From contig NMRA01000018.1 in the NCBI GenBank assembly GCA_002633005.1, positions 315,892-379,891 on the forward strand: a DNA stretch of 64,000 nucleotides. The letters run 5' to 3'. The notes under the pieces are model-generated. The model was not told the origin of the DNA. It did not search any database and saw nothing but the letters and a program-made list of their open reading frames with translations. Every line of letters begins with the position of its first letter. Position 1 is the stretch's first letter. The DNA is from Phoronis australis. Taxonomy: Eukaryota; Animalia; Phoronida. Shown in pieces: positions 1 to 12,533 of the stretch. A program made the translations under genes and the position numbers.

Positions 1-125
1 TGTACCAATATCTCATGGAGAATTCCATCCTCTATACGTAGTTTCGTACACACACAGATTCACCCTAGAACAAGTTACTCCTGGAATGTGTTTGTAGATA
101 TGGGGACTCTCTGAGTGCTATTAAA

Positions 126-392
126 ACTAGTGCAACTTGCCCCACTTGCGACAACTTAACTCCATCTTATTGATTGAGGTATGTTAACTTGATCTGAGTG
201 GAGTAACTTGTGCCACTTCTAATCGCTAAGTGGCTGCAAACGTGGCGCAAGGCCAAAGCAACTGTCAGCTGCAGTTACATAATACTAGTTGGATCCTCTT
301 TTTTGCACAGTATTCACATCAGCTGTTTGTTGTCATGCAGTGTGACAACTTCTGTCTTGCGCTTTGCTTAAAGTGGGACAAGTTGCACTAGT
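126..392. mobile_element. MITE-like inverted-repeat element
   Basis: actagtgcaacttgccccactt (126-147) is inverted relative to aagtgggacaagttgcactagt (371-392). Confidence 0.5.
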
Positions 393-439
393 GCAAGTTG
401 TTCTATAATGGTACATCCATGTGTGCACGGCACTTATGA

Positions 440-1730
440 TCTTCAGTCAAGTTTTAGACCATCTCATTCTACCAAAACGTGACTCACTGACTTGATCAGC
501 CATATCAGAAAAGAAACACACAAAGAGACTAACACAGGAATGCTCCTCCTTCTAGATCTGCAAAAGGCATTTGATACTGTCGACCACAAAATACAAGACC
601 AAAGCCAGCAGTGCTCAACCGTGATAGAACCTCTCTGGACTGGGTTTCTCCATCATTAACATGGCTGCATTTAAGATGTTCATCCCTTTCCAAAACTCAG
701 TCTGGTCACAGGGTCGTCACCTGCGGTGCTCCACAGGAGTCAATCCAGGGTGCCTTCCTTGCTAATGACAGGCAGTCAACTGCATACTTCTAATCTATGA
801 TGATGAGTGATCTTACTCTGCTAAGAATTACGCTATCCTTGAAGATTGTTTAATCAGTGGACTTAGCAAATTAACGGGTCTGGTTTAACAAGCAACACAG
901 CAAAATTTAGAATATTCTTCTTGGCTCTAAAATCAAACTTTCCAAAACCAAATTTACTGCAATTATTAGATCATTAAGCGTGCCTCAACCAAATACCTAG
1001 GAATTCAGTCTGAGTCTCTATACAGTGAAATAACAACAGAAAAATTAGTGTTCTTTGCAAACAAATTTGTATATTGCCAATTTAATAATTTAAGAGCCAT
1101 TATTAAAACAAGTTTAAATTTCCACCTTGATTCTGTATCACTTGCTTTTGTTCATGGTATTTATGACTGCTTTAAAAGCAACCATGGATAAATTAGTGCT
1201 CTAAAAACAACATTATCAGGTTATTCCACCCTAGAACTCATACTGGAGTATCTGAATTCCGCCAAGTTCCCTCCAGAGCTAACTTTTCTTAAACTTTGTT
1301 TGATGTGCACCATTTTCACGCCTTTGCTCCTCCCCTTGGTTTAGACTTTAGTACATGCCATAAACACAACACTCGCAATAGCACTGCTCCATTGCAAATT
1401 CCTTATTGCAAAATGTTCAGCAATGCATTGAGCCAGTAATGAGCTTACTAACCACATTAAAGACACTCTGAGTTCATTCCTTCTTTTAAACATCTAACAC
1501 CTTTTCATTTAAGAAACTTTCTGTTACTGAGGGTAACATACTATGTCTATTATGGTAGGGTTATACTATTTATGTTCTCATTTATTTTTTCTTTAATATT
1601 TCTTCAGATAACAATGGAAAGAAGCCTCTGACTTTTTGCGCTATCTCTGTTTCCCACTTTTATTTATTTTCATTTGTCTGTTTTTTCTTGTATTTTCTGT
1701 ACTTGTGTGAGCTAAATAAACAAAGAAAAA
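440..1730 (+). mobile_element. 5'-truncated, decayed non-LTR retrotransposon (L2/Crack/CR1-like RT)
   Basis: Translates LQSSFRPSHST...TGMLLLLDLQKAFDTVDHKI and a degenerate VTCGAPQESIQG (GVPQGSILGP-like). Stops and frameshifts present. AATAAA and an A-rich tail near 1716-1730. Confidence 0.85.
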
Positions 1731-4700
1731 GCTTCCATCAAACCACTTCAAACTACTGTTACTGTTTGAACACTTGCAAAACACTTCTAATGCTGACACA
1801 TGATACTGGTGGACACAGGATGTCGGTAATGAGGGCCTCACACCGTTTTGGAATAAGACATATGTCAGCAAGGCCTACAAAAATGTTAAGCTGCATTTTG
1901 TCTTGGTTGTATCCAAGATGGATTGATTTTCAAAATTTGTCGTAAAATGACCATTACATTGTTACAGATGCTATGAAGTTGCCTTTGCCATAACAAACGA
2001 AATTGATTTAAACCATTTACTAATTACAAACTGGTGTCAACCCTTTCTTTGCCCTCAAATTCAAAGTAGTCTGAGCATTTGAAGAAATGACTTACACTTG
2101 TTGCTTGCAACCTAACTCCACGCATAAAGTAATTACTTTACCAATAATTGATCCTGGTTTCTAGGTAACATTAATGAACTGTCAGTTATCCACAAGCTCA
2201 TTAAGAGGTTTTCGCAAGACATATTGTCCGTCAAAACTTTCCAAGGCAGTTTATAGCAGCTTCAGTGTTTCTTTGCTGACAAATGACCCGTCAGAAATTA
2301 TATGCACACATTCTAGTGTCAACCAGGAGAGCTCAGTTCCTTGCGAGAAAAACAAGATCTTGTGCATCTTAGCGAAATCACGCGAGTGAAAAACATGCTT
2401 CCCCAAGTATACGTACTAGCCTGTGCCTGCAAAATGGCGGCCACTAAACTGATTGGTCATTGAGGTTCGAGTGCTGAATTGTGCTATTGAACTCACTGTT
2501 CTATTCCATAAGACGATTTTTGCAACAAATTCAAGCTAATGTCTTGTATTCTATGGAACTCGGTCCCAGATACCTCATGTTGAAACATGACAGGTCTCGC
2601 ACATAACTTTAGGTCTTACCACCAATTTGAACAAAGGAACCAATATTTTACTCAGGTTCCCAGTTTGAATGGTTTAACCCACCAGTACCAATTTGACACA
2701 AACTTGCAATATAACATTAAGTCATCATTTCTCTGGGGAAGAACCACCGCAGACTTGTAGGTAATGGAAGCTTCTACAAAAGGGTGATGCCGTATTTCTC
2801 AAATTTTACCTTCCGTTTTTAAATACAAATTCATATATCAGCATGTAACACATCTAAAAACAACCACGACAATGTAGCGTGAGTGAAATTCTTGCAGAAG
2901 TTTGAAATCTTTGGTTTTTGTAATTAGTAACTAGCGTATTTGTGTCTAACACAAAAACTATTGAAATGTAGTCAGATCTACTTGCGAAATCTTCACTAAA
3001 AAATTTTTATATATGCCACCGAGCTTATGGCAAGCATCCAGAAACAAACACACAAAAACAAAAACAACTGGTAAAGGTGAAAAAAAATTCTTAAGGCAAC
3101 TTCACAATACTAACTGTCAGTCAATGCTAACAAGGCTATAGTTGAGGCTAGTTAGATGAAGAAGCTCCTGTGGGTATAGATTATATGGTATGTAGGTCAA
3201 CAACAGAATGTAAATAACAAAGGACAATGGCCAACATATGCCTTGCCACTGAAACAATGGACAGGCAATATTGGTGATGTGTTAGAGGAAGCAGAGGAAA
3301 CAAGTCTTTGTAAGGATGTTCATGTTGTGGGTCCAGCTTATTGGATGCGGTTTTGAAGTCGTGAGGTGATTGGACTTAATGTATTAAAGGTTAGTAACTT
3401 TATGAAATATGAGAACGGAACGGAATAGAATGTTAATAACGACAATTGTTGTGTATTCAACCAATTTTAAATATCAGATAAGGGAAGGCATGCAATTAGT
3501 CTAATGATGGACGCAAGTAGTCAGTAATGAAGTGCGTAGAATGAGACTGACCAAAATCTAAAGGTTTCATCTAGAAATATTGTTATTTGTGCAAACATTT
3601 CCTACGCAAAAACTTGATTTTCTCAATTCGACTTTGAAACTGAGGTCAAAGTCAAAAAATTGAGTGGCGCCTAGAGATGCATTACCTGGCTACACCTCTG
3701 TACAGAATGGAACAAAATCTAAAGCTCTCTTTTTTGAATATCATGGCAACATTTTCTAACTAAAAACTTTATTTTCTAACCGTGACCTAGTTGAAAATAA
3801 TGTCAAGGTCACCAAAAGTGACTTGACACGCCCCCCCACACCTTGGCGCAAATGACGATAACTGCTCAGCCTTTTCACACATTCTAAATTTTCGAAAACC
3901 CAAAATTATTAACAAAAACAATACTCTACCCTTCTTTTAATTCGAACATGGTGAAGAAGTCTGCACGTTTACTTTCTATTCATTCGCAGAATCCTTTGTG
4001 AATGCATGTTGACCTATTTCTAAAATTTCGCGCATCAATTATTAGCTCTCATCATGTTTACTTTCCATTCGTTTGCACATCCCTTGAAAGCATACTAATG
4101 TATTGATAAAGTGGACATTCCCACTCACAATACTGCAGACATCGACCTATACTATTACTTTGCACATTGGTTGCTAATGATTTTTTACCTTCTATTCATT
4201 TCGAACAGTGGCCTTATATTTCTGACCATTCAACTATTTTCGCAAAACCCATGCCTCTTGAAAAATTCAATTATTTTATTTAGTGAAATTGTAGAGTGGT
4301 TACCATACGTGCTTCCTTCTTGAGATATCATGCCAACAACATGCAATGTACAGACGTCGTAATGTAGACGACAGTCATGAATAGTGTGTCCCCTGTTTCA
4401 CGCTAACTCATGTCGGAAGATAAAAAATGTTAATAAAGAAGCTAGAAGATGGGGACTCATTTAGACTAGAAATACTTAATATAATAGGAAAAAATAATGA
4501 CTAAAAGTATCTTTCGTGTGTTTCTCACAGCAAAAACTCCTGTGTTCTTTGATGACTGGTTTTTAAAACACAAACCGGTTGCTAAAATAATTTTGTCTTA
4601 ATATACTAATTAAGTTTAGAATTTATATGAAAAATAAAATAAAATTTAGGAGAAAAGGAAGCAGATTAGAAGTGAAGCCCACTCATCAAAAGCAGAAATT

Positions 4701-5432
4701 ATCACTTGGCATGAATGTAGCCAAGTCTCAGGGAGATAATACACGCTAGTCGTTACATACTTAAATTCCCCTAGACTGTTAAAACCAAGAAATTTCCAAC
4801 ATCAGGATCTGATCCAGAATCAATTGTCAGTTGGATTTATCTTGACAGACACGCCTATTGTGTTGATACACAATGCTGTGGTAGTTGAAGGAGTGTGTAC
4901 TACACTCCTTGGTGGTAGTAACCAAGTCACAGCTGACAATCACACAAAGGAATCAGCAAGTGAAAGTTAAGTCTAATGTCTCTGAAAGTTATCTGTTTTC
5001 CCCCGTTTGAAGTTTTCTGGTGACAACATTTCATGGAAAACGCATCTCCTTCACATTTGTTGAAAACTGTTTGGAAATAGTATTTTTTATAAATTAGTGT
5101 AGTATCCGGCGTGCTTTTTTCAATATAACTGCTGGATTAGGTGAACTTATCAGATGAACGCAGACTATGACAGGGCTGGACAATCTAATCATTGATTTGA
5201 CAACTTTCTCCCCACGCTATCACTTTCAAACGACACTGCTGACTCCCAAGTTCCCGATCAGTGAAATCAGGAAACTCACACCACAGCGCAGGAGCATAAC
5301 AATTGGCTTACCTGAAGCAAATGAAGATTATTAAATATAATAATATTCAACAATGGGTATCAGTGCTATTAACAGTAATGCCAAGTCACCAGTGACCTGT
5401 CGTATAAGTTCTTAGTGGATAACAACAGTGAT

Positions 5433-6680
5433 AACTAGAAATATTATTGTCACGGCATGACAATAATGAACTCTGCAAGTGCGTATTACTGGAATTGTTT
5501 TGGGAAGTTACTGACAGCAACCCGTTTACCAATATGAAAAGGAATTCTTAAAAAATGTAAGAGAAATTACATGTTTACATTTTGATGACCTTTCCACTAA
5601 TTGACCTCTTCCGGTGCATTATGAACCCCGACAAGGGAATAACTGTAAACTCGATTTAAAGTGTGGTTAATGATAAGAATCACAGATGTTTTACTTTAAG
5701 CACTTCAGAATATAAGATGATGAATTGGTCAAACTTTCAGAAGAAAAATACACCCAATGACCCCATGGGTACACCAAATGACCAGAAAATTTAGAATTCA
5801 AACTCAATCACACTTAGTAAACAGATATGTAATTTTGAAGTCTCTAGCTCAAAATTTTAGTTTGCATTCAATGACCTTTGACCTATTTTTTCTGATTGGT
5901 TAGGCCTATTGCGAAATAAAGTAGGGTATTCATGGCATGTTGACTTACACCAGTGTGCTGAAATTGAAAAGAATTCCTTGAAAAATATAAGAGATGTAAC
6001 ATTTTGACTGTTACATGACCTTTGCACTAATTGACCCTATCCGATGCATTATAAGCCTGTTTAGGAGCATTATTGCAAAGCCCATGAAAAATGTGTTTAA
6101 TGATGAGAATCACAGTTGTCTAACGGTTGACACATCAGAATGCTTGCTGATTTGAAAAGATCAAATTTTCAGAAGAAAAATGCACCTAATGACCCCATGT
6201 TTGCACTAAATGACCTGAAACTTTGGATTCTGAATTGAATTGCCTGTGTCAATCAGACCTGTGAATTTGAAGTGTCTAGCTCAAAATTCTAGTTTGCACC
6301 TAATGACCTTTGACCTATTTAACCTGATTGGATGACCCGATTACTTAGAAAAGTAATTTTTTAAATTGCCTTCTTGACTTATACTTGTGCACAGAATTTG
6401 AAAAAAATAGCTTTTAAATTAAAGGAGTAGCATTTTAAAAATTACATGACTTTTGCACTAAATGACCTCTTCCGGTGCATTAAGGAATATGAATATATAA
6501 TGAATCAACATTTATAAACTGCCTAAAATCATATATTAAATTTGAAGAACATACCTCCAACTGTTTTGGAGTTATTAAGTGTCAAAGTTGGTCGGAAGAA
6601 GAATAAGAATAAGAATAAGAACAAAATTGAAGAAAACCCAGGAACAACAGTACTCTGCGCTTACAGGCGCAGAGTAATTA
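5433..6680 (-). mobile_element. Non-autonomous Helentron-type (HINE/DINE/pearl-like) element with tandem core
   Basis: Hairpin tactctgcgc-ttacag-gcgcagagta (6651-6676) and an (AAGAAT)n microsatellite at one end; about 2.5 tandem copies of a unit of roughly 430 bp; subTIR actctgc; hairpin attattgtca-cggca-tgacaataat followed by CTAG|TT on the minus strand. Confidence 0.75.
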
Positions 6681-7045
6681 TCTTGCATCACTTAGCATAG
6701 TTACAGTTGGACAATGGAACCAACAAATGTACCCAACAAGCAAATAATTTTTATACAACCCAACCAAGAGTTAATTACAATGATCAAAGCAGTAAACAGT
6801 ACCAAAATGAGAAAGAATATTACAATCATTTGAAATGGTAATGCCATGCATAAAGTTAAATGTTGGGATAACAACAAGGACAATACAATGTTGGGTCACA
6901 AAGATCACATTGTCAGTGTTAGACAATCTGATAACCTTAACATGTTAAACATTGACAAAAGATCCTAATTTCATGCAACCCTGTGGGAGCTAAATGATAT
7001 AATTCAGGAATAGAACAGGGAACTGCAGTCCCTTGATGCACATTA

Positions 7046-7707
7046 TAGGTTATTTCATACTGCCTCAACACATGGTCTGAGTGCAGCATCGATGTAAACT
7101 GCGGAGTTAACTGAACCGTTCATACCAGCTTTGGTTGTTAACGGATATTGAAGTAAATGGTAGGTGACGCTGTCATCATCGAAGTAATTCCAAGGTACCG
7201 CTGATGCATCGCGTGTAAGCTAAGACTTTTTTAATTTGGCTATTTGAGAACATTTATAAGTGCTATTTGACAAAAAAGTTATTTCTAATTTCATTGGTGA
7301 TTATTCGAGCAAAATATAAGCAACTAGCTACGACACTGCTCTTTAGTTGTTGACGATAGCACTGTGGCCCTTGGCGATAACTGTAATGGGGCCGAAGTTG
7401 AGTGTTTATACGACACCACAGCATCGACACTCCACTGTTAAATCCACCTGTTTACAGTGAAGTTAACTTTGTCTGGTGCTGTAAACTTCAATCCAGGTAC
7501 ATTAGAAAATCACAACGAAAAATGGAACTTAGTACATATATAACGCTGGTAAATGTTTATGAAAAACTATGTTTATGTACATTTGTATTGGAATTGTCAA
7601 ATTGTTACAATAAATGTTAAAAATAAACGTCGATCCATGACTGAATCCATTCATACTGCCCGCAATTCCCCAAATCGACGCGTCATCGTTAGTATGTAAG
7701 GGCCTTA
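7046..7707 (+). mobile_element. MITE, same family as 16476-16984 (Harbinger-like)
   Basis: Colinear similarity to 16476-16984, ends gtatgtaagggcctta, with an extra AT-rich insert of about 140 bp. Confidence 0.7.
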
Positions 7708-8184
7708 TGAGGTCATGCTGCCAGATGCCCCGACCCTTTCAGCAACATTGTTGGTCATCTAGAGTTATTCCCTAGATCACCTATCCTATCTTCTAGTCTT
7801 ATCATTGCATAATGTTCCTATTATGAAATCAACCACAGAGTATTCCAGATGTAAACTTTTAGTAAAATAGACTTTCATTGCCATTCGTGAATACGTAACT
7901 TTCCAAAGAGAAATTGCATAAATAAAAACCTTCCACCTGAATGCTTCCTCTAAATTATAGTTAAAAACTAGATTCTTGAGCTATTACAGATTAAGGCTTC
8001 TGGGACTCTGAAATGCTTCTGAGCCTCAGTCGAAGTTGTCAAGGTTTTTTTAGTATATTCAAACGGAAAACTATCTCCATTTCAGAAATTGTGAATATAA
8101 AAAATTTAACAATAGATGGTCCTTTCTGGCTCTTCTTTTCTTGAGTACGTACGAGTCATAATTTTGTTGTCAGGTCTTGAGATG

Positions 8185-8255
8185 CGTGCGTGTGGATGCG
8201 GTTTGTCTGTCTGTTTGTCTGTCTGTGTGCGTGCGTGCATGTGTGTGTGTGTGTC
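8185..8255. repeat. Compound microsatellite (CTGT)n/(GTGC)n/(GT)n
   Basis: Directly visible. Confidence 0.9.
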
Positions 8256-8497
8256 TTATGTATATTGTACATTGGTTCCGTGTTTTCAATAAATGTAATA
8301 GAAAAAAGGCTTCAGGTGTTTAAATTCCCACATGTCACTCTTCTCTTTTGAAGAAGTAGAAAAAAATGCATTTGTATGATTGACTTAACTTTCCAAAGAA
8401 TCGCTTAAAAACATTTCTGAGCTATCAGACAAGCAGAGAATGATTGATCATGTTTCACTCACCTTTTCAATTTGTTTATATCTGCATTAGAACTTTC

Positions 8498-8589
8498 TAT
8501 GCAACATTAAAACTTGCGGGCACCACTAAGTAACAAACTAAAATATGCAACAATAAAACTTGCGGGCACCACTAAGTAGCAAACTAAAA
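8498..8589. repeat. 46-bp tandem duplication
   Basis: tatgcaaca(t/a)taaaacttgcgggcaccactaagta(a/g)caaactaaaa x2. Confidence 0.9.
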
Positions 8590-8904
8590 CTAACTCAAAA
8601 TAGTCATGACCAGATTAATTCCTATTGTTACAACTCCTTACCCCAAAGTTTCTGAAACTACCGAAAGCCCAAATGGAAAAAATTCCAAAACACTTAAAGT
8701 GTACACAACATGACTCTAGTACCTCAAAATAAATTTTATTATTATATCTTACTTGATTTCAGTGCCTTTAGTGCACAGCTCATAAAGAAACACGCAAAAA
8801 TTGAAAAAAATAATAATTATGTACAACGTCATGGGTTGAACCCAAGTCGTTTGCCATACCGTTCGGATCTGAGACAAAGTGTCGAGAAGGTTCGTAGAGG
8901 GATC

Positions 8905-9105
8905 AAAAGATGTGTTTCGGAGGCTGCAGCAACAGCAGCCAGGCGGAAAAAGTCTCGGTGTTCCAAAGGACACCAAAGTTGCGCAGAAGTGGCATGACTT
9001 CGTGCGCCGAACGAGAGTGTGGGAAGTCATCGTGGACCAAGCAATTCGGTACGGGGCCACTCTGTGTTCTGCCCACTTCGAGGACTCGTGTTTCGACTCC
9101 AGTCA
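8905..9105 (+). pseudogene. THAP zinc-finger relic (transposase N-terminus), frameshifted
   Basis: C.FGGCSNS...PKDTKVAQKWHDFVRRTR...LCSAHFEDSCF, the THAP C-x4-C...P..W...C-x2-HF pattern. Confidence 0.85.
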
Positions 9106-9148
9106 CAGGAGACGATGAAGGCCTGGTTCAATAAAGGACAATATTTAT

Positions 9149-9416
9149 CATTCAGAAACATCAGCTCTTAATTCAGGATCGTCTGTTGGATGACTGGGTT
9201 GACTCGCCGAGCCCGAGGCCGCTTCTCTCGCGGGAGGATCCAGTTTACAAGGCTCAAAGTAGAAAAGTACGCAGCCGGAAGCACATTAAACTTGTTCTCG
9301 CTTTCGTGCAACCCCATTTCCTCATCCTGGCCACCATTCTCATACGTTTCTTCATAGTATTCGTTCAATTCTTGCTCATAATCGTGGTCACTTTCAAATT
9401 CCCTGGTCTCCGCCAT
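9149..9416 (-). pseudogene. KolX / P2X7-intracellular-domain-like first-exon relic
   Basis: Acidic N-terminus MAETREFESDHDYEQE..., then after a frameshift FYFEP...ELRADVSE-TG|ataaat (looks like a decayed W|gt donor). Confidence 0.55.
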
Positions 9417-11448
9417 TGTTCAATGCTAGTCACTGATCTCTTGTGTTCAACCCATGATGTCACATGGCGGGAAATGTGAAAATTGGCAAAATTGAAAGAA
9501 AAATCAAAATTTTGAGCTAATTACACAAAATAAACATAGGTTTAGCTAAATTTTACGTCATACATTTAGTCTGTGGCCACCGGTAATTCAAAATGTGCAA
9601 AAATCCATGGTGTGTACTGTTTAATATCTTACTACGCCAAAATTTAAATAATACCCCCAAAAAGAATTTTAATGACCACTCAGGAGCGTTACCATGAAAG
9701 CGATGAAGTCATTCACTTGAAGCAAGATGGCTGAGCTAGATGGCACACATTTGAGTGGCAAGACGTTGGTCAACATTAAGCCCTAGCGTAACTCGGGTAC
9801 CAACGTCATCACTTTGATGGGTCACATGCTCCTGGATGGTCACGTGCTCCTGGCATAACTTGAGATTTTTGCTGGCACGACTCGATCCTGGCATGGTACG
9901 AAATAGTTCTGATGAGCTAAAAAATCAATCTAATATGAAATAAAATCACTGGTTTTGGATTATTCATTGTTTTGGACAAGATTTTAATTCTTCAGTGGAA
10001 TAGAGAAATGTGCTTTGGAATTTCTTTCCGTTTTGGATTTCCATAGAAAACCCAGACATGTTTGCCTTGCTTATTGAAGTAAGTTATGTATTGTACGTGA
10101 ATATCTCTAATTTAATGAACTGGACATGTAATTAACGATCACGAGCCAAAGTCTTTCAGATGTTAATTTAAAATTCATGAAATTTCAATACTTCCTAATT
10201 GTTAAAAATCAAAGACCTAAAACGTATCAATTTTTCATGATGAAAGATTCGTGAATGTTATTTTTCCAAATGTTAGGTTTTAAGGTTTGCAAATTAAGTC
10301 TAAACTGTTTACCAAGACTGTTTATGACCTGATCAGATGACCCTTTCAAGCCTAATGCCAACTCTATAACTAGATCAGCTCAAGGCACGAGAAGAATTGG
10401 AGCCATAGCTTTTTGATGCGGTTACATACCACTTTCCTGGGACTATGAGGTAAAAATGCATGGATTCCTATAAAAATGTGTGGAAAAGATGTAGCTCAAG
10501 GATATTGTTGATGGTGCTTAGCATGGCAATAGCTTTAAACAGTGGGGGCACTGGTGACAAGCAGATGCGTAGCGTTGTGGGTAATATATAAAGCATACTG
10601 CAGAATTAGCCGAGAGAATACACTGTACATGGTATGCTGGGAAGTGACTCTTGAGAAACTATAAAATCATGGAGTGTGCATTGAGGTGAGTATGGCATTT
10701 CAAAACAATGTTTTTGAAGAGTCAGAGGAGGGCACTATCCAAGCGACTTATTGTATTTATGTGGGCTTAACTTCACGCAAGGACCCAATAAAACATCCAC
10801 TGAATGCCAACATTAGTGTTTATAGTGATGACCTGCTTGTTTTTAGAGTTGAACCTTTTTATAGATGAGCTTTTAGACAAGGGAACACTTTACTGACCAG
10901 AAAGTATCTCTTAATTTGAACTAAAATAATTGCTGAAATAGTCATTCTATCAACTTTCTACTAACAGCTAAGTGTTCAGAATTTCACCATGTGTTGGTTG
11001 ATGACAAGCTGTACAACACAAACTGTGATAACGATGAAGTAAAAATTTCTTTCTAAGAAATTTGACAAAACGAAACTTCATGTGGTCCAGCCAACGGAGT
11101 TCTAAATTGAACTAATGGTGGGCAGATAGCCAAAGAAGGGAGAGGGGATTTGAAGTGAAAACAATTATCTTTAAGACTCATGGGATAATTTATTTTAGCT
11201 TTTTGGCATCCGCTGATATTGAAATTCTCACGGTATATCAGCCACACCTACTGGCTTTGATATGGATTCATCGTCATCCATCGATATTTCAAGAGGTTTG
11301 CCTTTTCCTGTCAGGCATTAATTAGTACACCATACCGAACAGCAACTGGAAATTTGCCGGTCTTATGATAGCAGGAAAGGTGTTAAAATGCTAAGTTGAA
11401 ACTTTCTGATCAGTAGATGGCGCTGAACGCCTGTCCACTAATGACCTG

Positions 11449-11697
11449 GGGCCCGTTCCAACAAAACTGACTTAGCTAAGACAAATCTTAAATTTTATTA
11501 AATTTTAAAGTAAAAGTTGAATTTGTCTCAAAACCAATTCAATAAAGAGATCTTAAGTATGACTTAAGTGTTTGGCATAAGTTTTGTCTTAATTTTGATT
11601 AACTTTCGGAATGTGGAAATTTCAAAGTTTGGAAGTTAAGACAAATCTTAAACTTAAGTAAAAAAACAAACTTAAGTCAGTTTCTTGGAACAGGCCC
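11449..11697. mobile_element. PIF/Harbinger (Tourist-like) MITE
   Basis: TIRs gggcccgttccaacaaaactgactta and taagtcagtttcttggaacaggccc, with CTG on both sides (3-bp TSD). Confidence 0.85.
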
Positions 11698-12533
11698 CTG
11701 ATTGCCATCTGGTTGGATAATGAATTTCAATATGGGGTGGCTATTTTAAAAATCAGTTACGATGAAATCTAACCAACTGATGCAGCCTCACAGTCTTATG
11801 CAGAAATACACTTCAGTGATTTCATACAAAACTAATTGGTAAAACTAAAACTTTTCCATTTTTTAAAGGCTGATTAAACTTTAGTTCAAATAACCAAAAA
11901 AATTACCAAAAGTTGTTTGGTGACATCTACTCAGAACATACCACAGATTAAGATTTTCTTAATCTTCATTTTGCGGAGAAATTTGACAAAATAGAATATC
12001 ACTTGTTGGCCATATTGTGCCAAATAAAGGCCTGTTCACGCCAGTCCCTTTAGTGGAAAATTTTGCGAAATTTTGCAAAATCGGAAATGCGGAAAAAATT
12101 ATCGCACAAACGCAAAAATATCGCAATCCACGTTTCGCAAAATTTTTTGGAATTTACTGTTTGTTACAGCTGTTTATGTAAGCATGATAAGATATTACTT
12201 GCCAGGAACCAGACAGCTAACAAGACGCAAATAGCACTGCAGATTCCACAGGCATTCACGCCAAAAACGACGTGATCTGATGAGGAGATATACCTGCAAA
12301 CCTGTGACAACACGCAGGTCCATCATTTTTCTCAAGTACACTAACATCATTGCTAAATGATGACGAAGCTGAGATCCGAGACAAACATGTCGAGCCAAAC
12401 ATTCCTTCTACAGACTGACCACTAATCGCTGTCTTCTAACACTGACGCATGTACATTACGCTAAAGCGTCATGAGAGGCCGTCCGGAGTTGGTATATGGT
12501 GCAACTCCGGACGGTCTGGGCTCAACAGAAAAT

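Larger units (their letters stand above)
8698..9620 (+). mobile_element. Internally deleted Kolobok-type DNA transposon (THAP relic plus convergent KolX-like relic)
   Basis: TTAA on both sides (8694-8697, 9621-9624); TIRs AGTGTACACAACATG and ACAGTACACACCATG (12/15 match); THAP relic on +, acidic ORF on -. Confidence 0.8.

Noticed and set aside
10380-10870. Coding-like decayed sequence (LKDIVDGA) suggesting a CMC/CACTA transposase
   Set aside because: Too degenerate to support by eye
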